NCBI RefSeq assembly: GCF_048593235.1
Contig: NC_133618.1
Location: 514,557,675-514,621,674, forward strand
Length of the DNA: 64,000 nucleotides
Direction: 5' to 3'
DNA from: Sminthopsis crassicaudata
Taxonomy: Eukaryota
Below, piece after piece: positions 36,411-48,100 of the stretch (positions within the stretch are counted from its first letter, which is position 1; every line of letters begins with the position of its first letter). The notes below the pieces were generated by a model. That model made no database searches. It saw nothing but the letters and a program-made list of their open reading frames with translations, and was not told where the DNA came from. Position numbers and translations under genes: made by a program.

Positions 36411-37537
36411 TACCAGTATATATTATATTGAGTGATGATACTCAGAAAATCCTAGCTGAATTATGGAAAAGGAAAAAACTTGCTAAGTAATGGGTTCTTT
36501 CTGAGTTTGTAGAACCCAGATTTGGCTTGTCGTCTAGTAACTTGAATATTACCAAACAACTAAAAGAAGGTGGAAAATGTATTTAAAACCTGGTAATGTT
36601 ATTTTATCAGCCTACTGACTCTCAATCTGATATGAGATGGAATTGTTACTTTATGATTGCTTATCAACTATTAACTCTTACCTAAAGTCAAACAGAATTA
36701 AGGATGCTTTATCCTGCCATTATTGTGCCTTTTGGCTTAAGCCTGAAGGATTAATTTGATGCTGTTATAATCATGTCTCTGTTTTGTAGAAAATGTCTAT
36801 AATCAGAGCAAATGGTCAATAGAATATAGGAGCACAAGTATATAAGAGCTTGCTATCTTCCATCTGAAAATATAAAGTCATCATATTCTAAACAATCAAG
36901 AAAATGAGTATTTGGCCTAGTCATCTGCCTATTACTGGATAGATAGATATATTTATGTCTGTTTGAGATACGATGCTTAATGTTTCCAAATGATGTAAGA
37001 ATAATTGTCTGTGGGACTTAGCTTTTATTCTACTGATTATTGAAATCAGAAACCTGTTTAGTGTGGTGTGGAGATAGAAATGAGTATTTTAGTGCAATCA
37101 GTTTTCTTAGAGGATGTGTCTCAAAGATGACCACTTATCCTTCAGACACTGCTTCACTCTCAATTTTGGTGATTCTCCTTTGGAATTTTTTCTTCAATCA
37201 CACCCCTTACTTCACTGCTGGCAAGGATTTTGTAAATCTTCTACATATAATGCTACTGTGAAAACTGACCTTTTTTTTTTTTTTAATATGGATGGAATGG
37301 TGTTTTGTTTTTGTTTTTTTTCTACCTAATGGTAATGCTGTTATAATCTCAATTTTTAATTCCACTTATGCTGGATGTATGTACTTCTTGTACATACATA
37401 CACTGCCACAAATATTTTTGTAAATGGGGTTCTTTTCCCCTCTTTTATGATCTTTGGGATACAGACCCAGTGGTGACTGGCTATTTTCAAAGGGTTTGGG
37501 GACAAACTTCTAGAAATTCTAGTTTCTTTTTCTTTTG

Positions 37538-37860
37538 TTCCCTCTACTGACACCTTTCCTAATCGTTATTCTGCTTTTGACACTTGAGTCCTGTCTTTTA
37601 AACCTTTTAATAAGATTTGTGTTTTCCAGACTAGCTTCTATCAGATTTCAGATGGCCTTACAGGGATATAGATCCATAATTCAGCTTTTGGGTCTCACCC
37701 CCTGAAGGTTATTTGCCTGAAATTCACATCCATCTCCACCCTCTCATGACTGGGCCTTTAGGCAGGATTAGCCCCTTATCAACCTGAAGCAGTTATGGAA
37801 GATGAGACCTTCATCTCTAGCCCTAAAAAAATTTTGAGTTCCAGCTCATTGAGGGGCAAA
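37538..37860 (+). mobile_element. ERV env transmembrane/cytoplasmic-tail remnant followed by a polypurine tract
   Basis: Open frame 37538-37705 FPLLTPFLIVILLLTLESCLLNLLIRFVFSRLASIRFQMALQGYRSI resembles gamma-type TM tails (LLLLFGPC-LN-LV-FVSSRL--IKLQM--QGY). GAGGGGCAAA at 37851-37860 is followed by TG at 37861. Confidence 0.7.
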
Positions 37861-37892
37861 TGATGGAATCTTAACTGGTCCCCTATCCTCAC

Positions 37893-37942
<50 letters not shown>

Positions 37943-38190
37943 ATAAAGGCACCATTTATTTTTTTCCATGTATATTTCTCATGAACCTCATCAGAACAAA
38001 AGTATCTTTTCCATGTATATTCTAAGATACTTCTAATCTCAGAGATTTTCCCCATATTCATTTGAGGTTGTCTGAATGTATTTGAGATTAACCAATTATC
38101 CTGTTTTGCTCAATTCTCCCATTTTTTCTTTCTTTCTTTCCCTTCTCTCTATAATTGCTTGCATAAATTCTTTCAGAAATCCCATCACAA
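37861..38190 (+). mobile_element. Candidate 3' LTR (begins TG after the PPT, ends near ...ACAACA), containing (TC)n at 37898-37939
   Basis: Position and terminal dinucleotides only; no matching 5' LTR found. Confidence 0.35.
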
Positions 38191-38204
38191 CACAAACCCC
38201 ATTC

Positions 38205-38355
38205 CTCTTTTTTTTTTTTTTCCTGAGGCAATTTTGGGACTAAGTGACTTGCCCAGGGTCACATAGTTAGGAAGTGTTAAGTGTCTGAGGTCAAATTTGA
38301 ACTCAGGTCCTCCTGCCTTCAGTGCTCTATCCATTATGCCAACTAGCTGCCCCAA
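38205..38355 (-). mobile_element. WSINE1-like SINE, antisense
   Basis: T-run followed by the reverse complement of the SINE body, ending ...actagctgcccc. Confidence 0.85.
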
Positions 38356-39958
38356 GCCCCATTCCTCAACATTTTTGACGAATCCAAACATCCTTACCCT
38401 CACTTTCTTAAAAAACAAATGTGTTAAAAACAGAAAAGCAAAGAAAGATTTATGTGAATTGATACAAGGTGAAATAAACAGAGTCAGGAAAGCAATACAC
38501 ACAGCTATTTCAAGGGGGTAAATGGAAGGGACCATAACTACAAAACAATAGAAAGTACACAAGGTTTTGCAAGAATGAATGTTGAAAATTATCTATGCAT
38601 ACATTTTGAAAATAAAAAGCTTTATAGCTGTGTGATCCTGGGCAAGTCACTTAACCCCAATTGCCTCAGCAAAACAAACAAATAAATAAATAAAAATAAA
38701 AAGCTTTAATAAAAAATATTCAAAAAAATAAAAACAAAATAAAACAATAGAAAGCGAATGTTGTAAAAGTACAAAGAATATGCTTGACTCCAAAGAAGCC
38801 ATATGAAAAGTTATCTCCTTCCAAACTTTGCTGCAGAAGTAAGAGGGTGGGACTGGTCAAACATAATAATAGATTTTTTTCAAGCCCGTGGTAAGTTTAC
38901 AGATTTTTTTTTTTTTTGGCTTCCTCTTTTAAAAAATTCTTTGTTATAAAGAATGGTTTTTGGGAAGGAAAGAAGGAATACAAAGGGAAATTGAAGTGAT
39001 ATAAAAATAAATCATATTCATTTTTTTTAAAAAGAAACGAGATCCCTTCACCCAAAACCAAAAACCTATAAAAGACCCTCCAAAAAACACATTTGCAACA
39101 TAAAAGAACATTATCAATAGCTCAGATTCTAAGGCATGATCTTCAAGAGTGATCTTTGGAAATGTAGCTTAAAAGAATTCATCTAGAAGTTATACTAGAT
39201 TTGGACATGAACCTGGTAGGACAGAGACTGTGTAGTAATTGGGCTAAGCTTCAAGCTGATTTTCCTGAAGACTGAAGGTATTGTAGGAGAGAATATTTCT
39301 CAGAGGTGCTGGAAAAAATGTTATGTTTGTTCTTAATATATTTTTGAAGTATTTCTATGAAAATGTTGCCTATTGTTAAGTGGTGAAATGGAACTGAGGA
39401 TGCTAATCACGGGTTGCTATGGAAAAAATAGTCTGTTGGGGTTCCAGCTAGTAGTAGAGAAAAAACTGCTTCAATCCACTGAGATATAGCCAGTCTGAGA
39501 CTGAGAGATTGGGACTAAAATATACATGTTTCTTTTTCACTCACTATTATAAGGAATGACCCTATGGGGAAAGGAGAGAGATACTGAAAAATTTAAAGTG
39601 ATATGAAGATGAAAGATATCAATATAGTCAAATACCTACACATTAAATTATCCCGAGAGGAGACAAGAGAATCCAGTTTCCTTCTTTCATTAGCAAGGTA
39701 GGAGACAATGAATATATAATGTTACATATGCTCTTAGACTCTGCTGGTATAACACTTGGTTTTACTAAACTGAGTTTTTTCTCCTAATTTTTGTTAGAAG
39801 AAAAGTATCCTCATTGTATAGGAGAGTAGAGAGTAATATACTTGTAAATATATAAAAGCAAAAGGCATTAGTGAAAGTAACACAATCCTCACTCCCTCAT
39901 GTTAGAATTGTTAGCCCCAAGACTTGCTATAACAAGTAGTAACCTGGAGGACTAACCA

Positions 39959-39990
<32 letters not shown>

Positions 39991-41263
39991 CCCAACCCAA
40001 ACATGGTTTGGAATTAGAGCATGTATAAAGTTGAAAGAACCTTGGACTTGGAGTGTGAATTCTGGCCATGCTACTTAAGGACCTGTATGACTTTTAGCAG
40101 GTCACTTAATGTCTCTGAGCCTCAGTTCCTCATCTATAAAAGGAGATGTTTGGAGCAGATGACCTTTACTCAACTCCCCTGTCATCTTGAAATTCTATGG
40201 TTCTCATTTTTCTCCTCTCTAAAGAGATAGGATTGGAGTACATCCTTTTCACTTATGTTTTTCTTCTAATTGTTAGTCTGCTGAGGGTTATTCACTTGGG
40301 GTAGCAATAAAGAAAAAAGGCTGTTCAAGGAAATGCTTGAACATTTTTCAAAAATAGCAACTTGCCTAGAAAATACTCTTTTGTGATACCAAGGTAGCCA
40401 ATTTTTTAAAGAGGTGGAACAGCAGTAAAGAGGAGATGCAAATGGGGTTGACTTATCCAATCTCACACAGCTAAATTTGAACTCAGGTGCTCAAATTCAG
40501 ACCCATTCCTCTTTCAAGAAAGTCGATGAAATAAAGGGGCTTCTCTGGAAATAGTTATGCTATGGTTCATGCTATGATTTTTTTGTGCTATTGTTATATT
40601 TTAGCTTTTGACCTGATGGTCCATGTTAAAGGTTATTGATTTAATAATAAATACAATAAAAGCTACAGGTAGTATATAAAAAAGCTTAAATAGAAGACAA
40701 CTACATATCTCAATACGTTTTTAAAATTAGTGAGGATAGACACTGAAATACAAGACATGCTTCCTAACACTTAAAGCTATCCAAAATAGAATGGACTGCT
40801 TCAGAAAGTCTCACTGGAGAATTTAAGTACAGGCTGGAGAACTTTTTACATTTTTTGGATAACTTTTTAAGTATGTGGCTTAGAGAGTTCCCACTCAGCC
40901 ATGGAAACATACAGCCTTTAAGCTCTCTTCCAACCTGTACTCTAAGACACATAATCTCTAATATGTAGGATGTCTAGGATCTTGACCTTGGTAGAGAGAC
41001 AGTTCACTCCTATGACTCATGCTGGACTTGGAGTTCTGATATGGGATGTGGGTAAAGCACCCACTTGGGTTTCTCAGAACTGTCTGTGTTTCAAAGTGAA
41101 AAAAATCCCTTGACAATACAGAAATGCACAGTCATATTGCCCTTGAGGCAGTATCTGATTCTTATCCTCCCACAATTCCCCAGAATAGATATAATAAGCA
41201 CAAAGTAACCAGCACAATTTGTTAGAGGTAAAGAGTATTTATTTCCCTTTATGGCCTTGGAGC

Positions 41264-44113
41264 TCAGTACATAGATGGCTTCTCTTCACCCTTTGGGTTG
41301 GTGATCTTCTCTAGGTTGTTGCTGATGATGTGATAGAGCTCAGCCTGAATAAATGAATCAAAGTAGCAGCTAAGTTTCTTCCCTGGCCCTCGTTTCAACT
41401 CCTCTCTTTCTTGCCATCCTTTCCCTTCAAACCATTATTATTCTATATTTCCTCTAGTCTTCACCCCACTCACATAGAAAGAACGGAGATCCATCACTAT
41501 AGTCCGAAGTTCTCTATAGACCGCTTCATCCCGTTCATGCACCAAGGTCCGATAATCCATCTGGGAGAGGGAAAGGCAAAGTTGGCTCATGTCTCTGGGA
41601 GAGCATGGGATGTGCCTGGTTTGCTCATAGAAGGGAATGAACAAATTGCAGGCATGCTTTCTGTCTTAGCCACAGGAAACAGAATTCAGGTAGGATCAGG
41701 TAGACTGGCTAGGATCCACGAATCCTTCCTCTAGGGAATCTAGGATTCTTTTTTGTTTTGGTCTTCCCCAGCACCTTTTTCATCTTCCCCAGCACCTTTT
41801 TCATCCATTCCCAGTATCATACTTCTCAATCAAGAGATGGAGGGACTTTCCATCATGTTCTGAGATGTAGAAAGGCCAACTCACCACATGAGTCTCCTTG
41901 GAGGCCTTGGCCACGGCATCTCCCCGTTCAGAGAAGTACCTTATAGGAAGAGAGAGGCTGACTGTAGGGACACACACTCCTCTAGGGTATTTCCCCAAAG
42001 CCTCATCTCTTCTTGGGAAATGCCCAATGCAGGAGAGATAGACCAGCCTCTAATTCTAAAGTGATTTCTCCCACTTCCCACGCCTATTCTCAAGCCTAGC
42101 TTACTTGGCAATGGTTGTCTGAAAGCTTTCCACTTTGGTCTTCACTGCTGTCACTCGTTCTAGAACCTTTTCCTGTGAAGATAAACAGAAGAGAAAACTG
42201 AGAACAGCATGACCTCCTCCTCATCCCACCCCATGGTTCTGACATTGTTCTTTTCCTTTTCTTCATGTTCCCAGCCATGGCCTTTTACCTCCCAAACATT
42301 TCTACATTATTCAGTCCATACTTCTTCCCTTCTACTTTCCTTACCTGGATGGCCACCCCAAAGTCGTTGCCATCTTCAATCTTGGGGATCAGATGCTGGA
42401 TCCAGGTGATCACCTGAGTCAGAGAAGTTTCTGTGGCTGACTGCCCAGTGCAGTGATTATGTGCTTCCATGAAGAAGACACTACATTCTATAGCATTACA
42501 CACAGAAAGAATAAGGAATGGTTTCTGCCCTCAAAGAGCTTAAGTTACCATTTGCAGGACTACTGCCCATAAAGGCAGCCCATTTAATGAGAAGGAAAGG
42601 GGCTCAGAGGAGCCAAACCTTAAAAGAAAAAAGGTTTACAGGAGGGCCCCAGTCTTAGAAACAGGCACCTGAGGAAAAAAAGAGAAGTCCTTTGTCTTAC
42701 CAGAATACATTTTTCTTTGAGAGTTCGAATCTCTGGCTTAACTTGATCAATTAGTGCCAGGACTTTCTCATTCCCAGGGAGGAAGCCGCACTTGGGAACT
42801 AAGGGAGAAATGTAGTGTCAGTCATAGAATTCTAACATCTTCTTAGCTTCTTCCTAGTTTCCTTCCTTACCTTCTTTCTTTTCTTGCTTATCCGTCTCCA
42901 TCTGAAGAAAAAAAAAAAAGCATGGGCATTGAGAAGTCTGAGGGAGACTGAGGAGGAAATATGGCCGTGGAGTTTGCGGTTTCTCCCTCCGCTGGGGGGC
43001 CTCACTCACCTCTTCATCCTTGGGCGGCGGGTCGGGAATAGGGATGTCCAAAGGTGCCCGAAGAGAGGCGAGGTCAATCACATTGAAGGACTCCTCCTGC
43101 CCAAAAGCCACTGTTAGCTTCTTGCCTGGCTGCTTCTCTCCAGCCAGTCCAAAGCCCCGACTCCCACACCTTTTCCCGCAGTCTTTCCAGCGGATTGCGC
43201 GCTTCCTTTGCCCGCTGTAACCAACTGCCGCAGCCCCCCAAGGACAGCCTGAATGTGAGGGCCCGAGATGGGTACAGGTGGGACGGAGGGGCGCCGCTGC
43301 TCACCTTCAAAAGCTGATGGAGCTGGATGATCTTCCGAGGCAGGAAGACCGAGAGGAACTCCTCAGCCTGCGTCAGAGAAAGAACGAGACCCAAAAGGAA
43401 GCTGGGGCGCAGCAAGCCAAAGGGCTCGTCAGGGATCTAGACTGAGAGGTGGGGGGGGGGACCTCGGAGACCCTCTAATACAGTGTTTCCAAGAGAAGTG
43501 GGACCCAAGTGAGCGGGAGCCTGCTGAAGGCCGCACAGCTGCGGCTCCCGGAGCGGCTCTACTACCCGCGCTGGAGGCGAGGGGCCCGAAGTCAGACTGC
43601 GGGGAGTGGGGGGCGGGGTAAGACAGGGCCCGGCTTGAGCCGTGGGCGGTCCGAGTTAAGGCCGGTTCCCAGGGAAGGTTGCTAATGCGTTCTCAGGTGA
43701 GAGTTTAAGAGCAAGTTTACACTGAGTCCAAACCGACTCACCTCCTGGAAGAGATTTTGCCGGAACACATCCACCTGTGGAGAAAGCAGGGTTTGGCGGG
43801 TTTTGGGGGGAAGCGGCTCCGGGGCTTTCCTCCCGCCCCCTCCCACCTATGTAACTACTCGCTCACTTGGCCCAGCCCTTCCCCCTCCGAAGTCCCCCCC
43901 CCGTCACACCCCCCAAAGCCCAGACTGGGGTGCCCCGAGCTGGCATGGCCCGAAGCAGAAGCAGGAGCCAGACTAGAAAGCCCCCGCTCCAACGCCCGGT
44001 CCCGGCACAGGTGCAGCCGCGCCCCTCCCACGGCAGCCAGCAGCGAGCAGCCCCCGCCGCCTTACTTGTTTGCGGGCCGCCCCGCTCAGCCTCAGCTCGC
44101 ACGCCTTGGCCAT
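41264..44113 (-). CDS. PSME2: Proteasome activator subunit 2 (PA28 beta), 239 aa
   Basis: 11 exons on minus: 44113-44066, 43774-43742, 43367-43305, 43096-43010, 42901-42871, 42798-42701, 42413-42345, 42172-42105, 41939-41885, 41560-41474, 41344-41264 (720 nt). Motif [11 protein letters not shown]-terminus EKPSMY. Minus-strand AATAAA at 41238-41243. Confidence 0.97.
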
Positions 44114-45199
44114 GCTGTCCGGCAGAAGAAGTTCGGAGGTCTCCCAGCTCCTCTCCCCGAGCTCCGGCTTTCACTTTCACTCCCCTTCTGCAGCTCCGCC
44201 CCCGCCGACCTGGGCCGGCCCCGCGGTCTCTCCCGGGAGCCCCCTGCTGGTCCTCCGGAGGCGCGGCGTCCCCGAGGAGGGAATCCCTCGGCAGGAACGA
44301 GGCAGGGCCGCAGGCATGGCCCGGCAGAGGGAGAGGCGGGAGAAAAGGGCCGAGCCTTTTTCCAACCCACAGGTTCCGAGTCCCAGCACGGTTTCCCTTT
44401 GACCACGCCCCCAGGCCTCGCCTCTTCGGAGACAAGCCTCGCCTTCTTATAGTCCCTCCCCTTCGTTTACCTGACTCCACCCCTTCCCTGGCGTCCTTCT
44501 TTTGCCACAGCATTTCCTAAGCCGAGTCCCGCCCCCCTCAGGGCCACGCCCCCCAGCCACTCAGCCTCTTTCCCTCTCCGAGGCCTCCTTCCCACCTCCT
44601 CCCATTTAGCCTCGCCCGCTTCCGTCCGACAAGTCGAGGTCCCTCCCTTTTCCCGAGAACTTCCTGTTCCTTGCCCGGAGAGAGAGGCCGGGGAACCAGC
44701 CTCCGGCTGAGAGCCGAACCGGCCCGGGGATTGTGCGGCCGGCCGCTGCTGCAGCGTGAGCTGGGGAGCCGGAGGAGCTAGCCGGTCGGTGCAGGAAGGA
44801 AGGCATCGCCTCCCGGAGGATGGGGGGCGGGAACAAGCTGGGCGGATGATCCTCCGGGGTCGGGACTGAGGGACGAGGGAGGTCAGTGCTCTGGGCGCCG
44901 GGTCACAGGTCCTCCCGGACTCAGCAGTTTTGGGTCTCTCCGCCTCCTTCCTCGGGAGCCGCAGCCCCGATCAGCCAGAAGGCCCAGGGCGAGCAAGGGG
45001 CGGGGGTCCCCACCTGTCTAACGTGGGTGATGGGGAGGAAGGGCCGAAGGGCCGGCCTGGCTGGGCCGGGACTGCCTGCGCTGAGCCCCAGCAGAGCTGC
45101 CAGAGGCTAGTGGTCCTCGAGGCGGGCCCCTAAATCTGTGGAGTTTGGGCGACTCAAGGGGCGCCCCCTCCTAATTGAGCCCCCCCTCGCGCACTCAGG
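44114..45199. promoter_or_regulatory. Bidirectional CpG-island promoter of PSME2 and RNF31
   Basis: Head-to-head ATGs 1.09 kb apart. IRF-E GCTTTCACTTTCAC at 44167-44180, kB-like GGGAATCCC at 44279-44287, TTC-N4-GAA at 44650-44659 with an adjacent ETS core, and GC boxes. Confidence 0.8.
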
Positions 45200-48100
45200 A
45201 TGTCCGAGCTGCAGGAAGAGGAGCGGGTCTTCCTAGCTGCCCGAGAAGAGCTGGTGGAGGCCCTGACCAAGGATCCCGGGCAGACGTTTTCCCCGGAGCA
45301 GCTGCTCGGACTGCTGGACAGCGCGCTGCCCCTTTCCACCCGCTACCCTCGGCTGGACGCCTCCCGCCTGGTCCGCAGCAACGCCCAGGGAGAGGTGAGT
45401 GAGCGCAAAGACCCGCGCTATGGGAGAGAGCCGGAAGGGACTGAGTGACGGAGGGAATCTTTGGAAGAGGGACAGAATCGTGTCCAAGACCAGAAGGGAA
45501 GGGATGGAGTAGGGGACCAGTCAGCAGGTTTGGAGACTCGGGAACTGTGACATGTGACGCTCACGTATGTGGCCAGATCAAGCCCCTTTCACTGTGCTTT
45601 TGCAGCCTAGTCAGTACTTGCACAGGCTGTCCACCGCATTGAACATCCTAGAGAAATATGGCCGAAATCTGCTTAGCCCACAAAGACCACGCTACTGGCG
45701 CGGGGTCAAGTTCAACAACCCCGTCTTCAGAAGCACTGTGGATGCGGTGCAGGTGAGAGCCTCTTGTCGAGATCTGGGAGGGTGCAGCTGGGAGTGACTG
45801 AAGCCCCCGGGAGGGCCGGAAGCTAGGGATCGCCAGTTCTGTGACAAGTGATCGTTTAAAAAGGGGTTTTCGTGGGACTGGAATGAGAGTGTCAAGTTAC
45901 GGGGGTCTCTAAGCGATAATGAAGAGCAGCATGCGGGTCTGTGTCGGAGGAAAGAGACACAAGAGTGGGCAGTCACAGACAGGCAGTGACGGGGTTCTTG
46001 ACAGGGGGGCCGGGAAGTGCTTCGCCTCTATGGGTATACAGAACAGCAGCCAGATGGCTTAAGCTTCCCCGAGGGGCAGCAGGAGCCGGATGCTCACCGT
46101 GTGGCTACAGTTACTGTGGACGTCCTATTACTTCGAACTGAGCTCACCCTTCTTCTGGAGGTAAGACATTTTCCTCACAAATAGGAATTTGCCCTAACCT
46201 GAAGCCACTTTATAGATACCCACTCAGCTGGATCCCAAGCATGGAGCGCTTCCCTCCCCCTCCTTCCTCAAACCATACTGAGTGGTCACCTGCTCTATTT
46301 CTTCCCTTTCCCTGTGAGTGGATAGGGACCTGGCTCCTAGGGATAGTATGGCCGAGGTTCTGATTGTGCTCCATTTATTCTGCCCACAGAAATCTCACCC
46401 ACGGCCAAAGGCACTGGAACAACTGCTAAAAGAGGGATCTGGTGGCGAGGTAAGGAGGAAGGGCTTCCTTGGTGTCATGGGGAGATTGATGAGAAAAGGC
46501 AATGAGGACTAGGTTTCATTGAACCCTCTATACATTACCCTTCCTTCTCAGATGCTGCTCTTCTCTGAATTCGTTTCTCCGCTGAGAGAGAACACTTCAA
46601 ATTCTCTTCCTGCTCCCCAGACTCAAGGTACTGCTACGTTTTTGGAGGAAGGAGATAGTCAAATATGGTATCAATGATGAAGATTTGTGGAATTTCACTA
46701 TGTGCAAATATAATCCTTCCAATCCTTGTTTCTTTTTCATTAAAGAGATGAAACTGACTCCTTGAACCTAGTCATATTAAAGAATGTATACTAGTTCATA
46801 GCTTATGTAAACTATACGCACATAATCCAGAGGAAATAATGTTCTTGAGATAATATGTAACTATTCTTCTCTTGTCCAGGTACCATAGCAGGTTCTTGCT
46901 TCCTATGTGGCTCTGTCCCAGGCACACTGCATTGCCCAACCTGTGGTCATGATCTTTGCCCAGCCTGTGACTGCCTTTTCCATCGACACCCATCGCGTGC
47001 CCATCATATTCGACAGCCCTTGCTTGGGAACCGCCCAGCCTCCAACCTTAGCTCTAGGTAAGAGGCTCCCTCCCTTCTTGATTCTTCTCAATTGATCCTC
47101 TGAGGGAAGGATGAGTGGGGGGGCATGCTAAGAAAATTAAAACTGTTCAGGAGCATAACTATCTGTTATTTAGGATAGCTCTGTGCTTTCGTTACAGTTT
47201 GTCAAACCTAACCCCACCTCGAGCCCTGCTCACATCTCCGCCCACCTTTGGGGACTGCTCTCTTCCTTCTTGGTCAAGTCCGGCCCCAGAGCCACCTAGC
47301 ACTCGCCCGCCTTGGCACTGTGCCGCCTGTGCCAGGCTGAATGAAGCCCGAGCAGTGTTATGTGTAGCCTGTGACCGGCCCCGAGGGTGCAAGGGGGTAG
47401 GACAAGGGATGGAGAGCCCTCGGGCTGGAGGATTAGGGGGTGGACCACAGCGGGGCCGCTGGGCCTGTCAGAGCTGCACCTATGAGAACGAGGCTGCTAC
47501 GGTGCTCTGCGCCATCTGTGAGCGACCTCGGCTTGCCCAGCCCCCCAGCCTTGTAGGAGATGTGCGAGACACTGGTGCCTGCCAGCCCGCTCTGGAGGTA
47601 ATATGAATTCTAGCTTCTCCTCCACATGAGACTGCGTGTGGCTCTCTCAGATCTTTGCTTTCCTTGATGTTCTCTCCAACCACTCTCCCTGTCTGCACTT
47701 TCTCGTGTTCCCATGATTTTTCCTTCTCTCTCCTCCCAGCTTTAGGTCTTTTTTCTTGGGAATAGCTCCAAAGGGTGAACCTTTCAGGGGTAATGACTAT
47801 TCCAGTCTACTTCCTCTAGGCTGGTGACTGGCACTGTGTTCACTGCACCTTCCGAAACTCTGGCCCAGGCTGGGTGTGCTCCATGTGTAACCGGACCAGT
47901 AGCCCCACTCCAGCAGTCCCCTCCTGGCTCCCGGCTAGCACGCTGGGAGAGGGAGCCCGAGCCAGCGTCTGCTTCAAGCCTGTATCTGCACATCGCCTGA
48001 GCACTCCTCTGCCCGCCCTCAGGGGAGAGCCTGAGCAGCATCGCCAGGACAAGATGCGGGAGGATGGACTGCGACTGGTAGCCATGATCCGAGTAAGTCT

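Noticed and set aside
39413-39426. RFX X-box-like GTTGCTATGGAAAA
   Set aside because: Isolated, imperfect match in an AT-rich intergenic region with no promoter context.
41763-41804. Perfect 21-bp tandem duplication in PSME2 intron 9, with a similar one at about 51667-51718 in an RNF31 intron
   Set aside because: Ordinary slippage duplications away from splice sites.
43757-44520. Several overlapping 200+ aa ORFs on both strands
   Set aside because: They are stop-poor frames in the GC-rich PSME2/RNF31 CpG island, low-complexity and without recognisable homology; the true PSME2 exons account for the coding signal.
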